A DNA stretch of 64,000 bases from contig OZ037767.1 of assembly GCA_964035545.1 (NCBI GenBank), positions 4,604,707-4,668,706 of the forward strand. The letters are read 5' to 3'. The notes below the pieces were generated by a model. It worked only from the letters and a program-made list of their open reading frames with translations. It ran no database searches and was not told where the DNA came from. The DNA comes from Bugula neritina (lineage: Eukaryota; Animalia; Bryozoa). This document shows, piece after piece, positions 63,777 through 64,000 of the stretch (the stretch's first letter is position 1; every line of letters begins with the position of its first letter). Position numbers and translations under genes: made by a program.

Positions 63777-64000
63777 GTAACTACTTATTATTGGTGTCTT
63801 TCAGTTGTTAGAACAGCAGCAGTAGTATATCTTCCTAATAAACTGGCACAGTAATGGCGGCTAGTGCAAAGTGCAGTTCTACAGACAAACTGCACACCAT
63901 CAACAAAAGCTTTAGCTAAATGCAATATGGGCATTTTGCCAGCATATGAAGCATGCCTGGAGGTAGACTAAGGAGTGTATAAATGGAATTTTCAAAGGGG

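Overview
Eukaryotic, AT-rich, intron-dense genomic DNA from an invertebrate animal (lophotrochozoan-like by gene style; inference). The supplied ORF track shows only exon fragments, so I assembled genes by hand from splice sites and reading phase. In order: striatin first coding exon (-); U5 snRNA (-); an orphan signal-peptide exon (+); a spliced gene fusing an NPF/YEV-motif disordered N-terminus to a highly degenerate bubblegum-type acyl-CoA synthetase (-); a ~20 kb type I membrane protein gene with divergent lamin-tail-like (LTD) repeats and an FxNPxY tail (-); a 5'-truncated LINE RT; SYF1/XAB2 (+); TMEM128 (-); a YIL108W-like zinc metallopeptidase (+); and an IkB/cactus-like ankyrin gene (+, running off the window). 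Introns carry tRNA-SINEs, minisatellites and a minimal type I hammerhead ribozyme in a (TA)n-flanked element. Most notable: the hammerhead element, the pseudo-ACS/endocytic-motif gene next to an FxNPxY receptor-like gene, and AGT/ACT-rich islands that track gene 5' ends. Family names come from motif recognition, not database searches.
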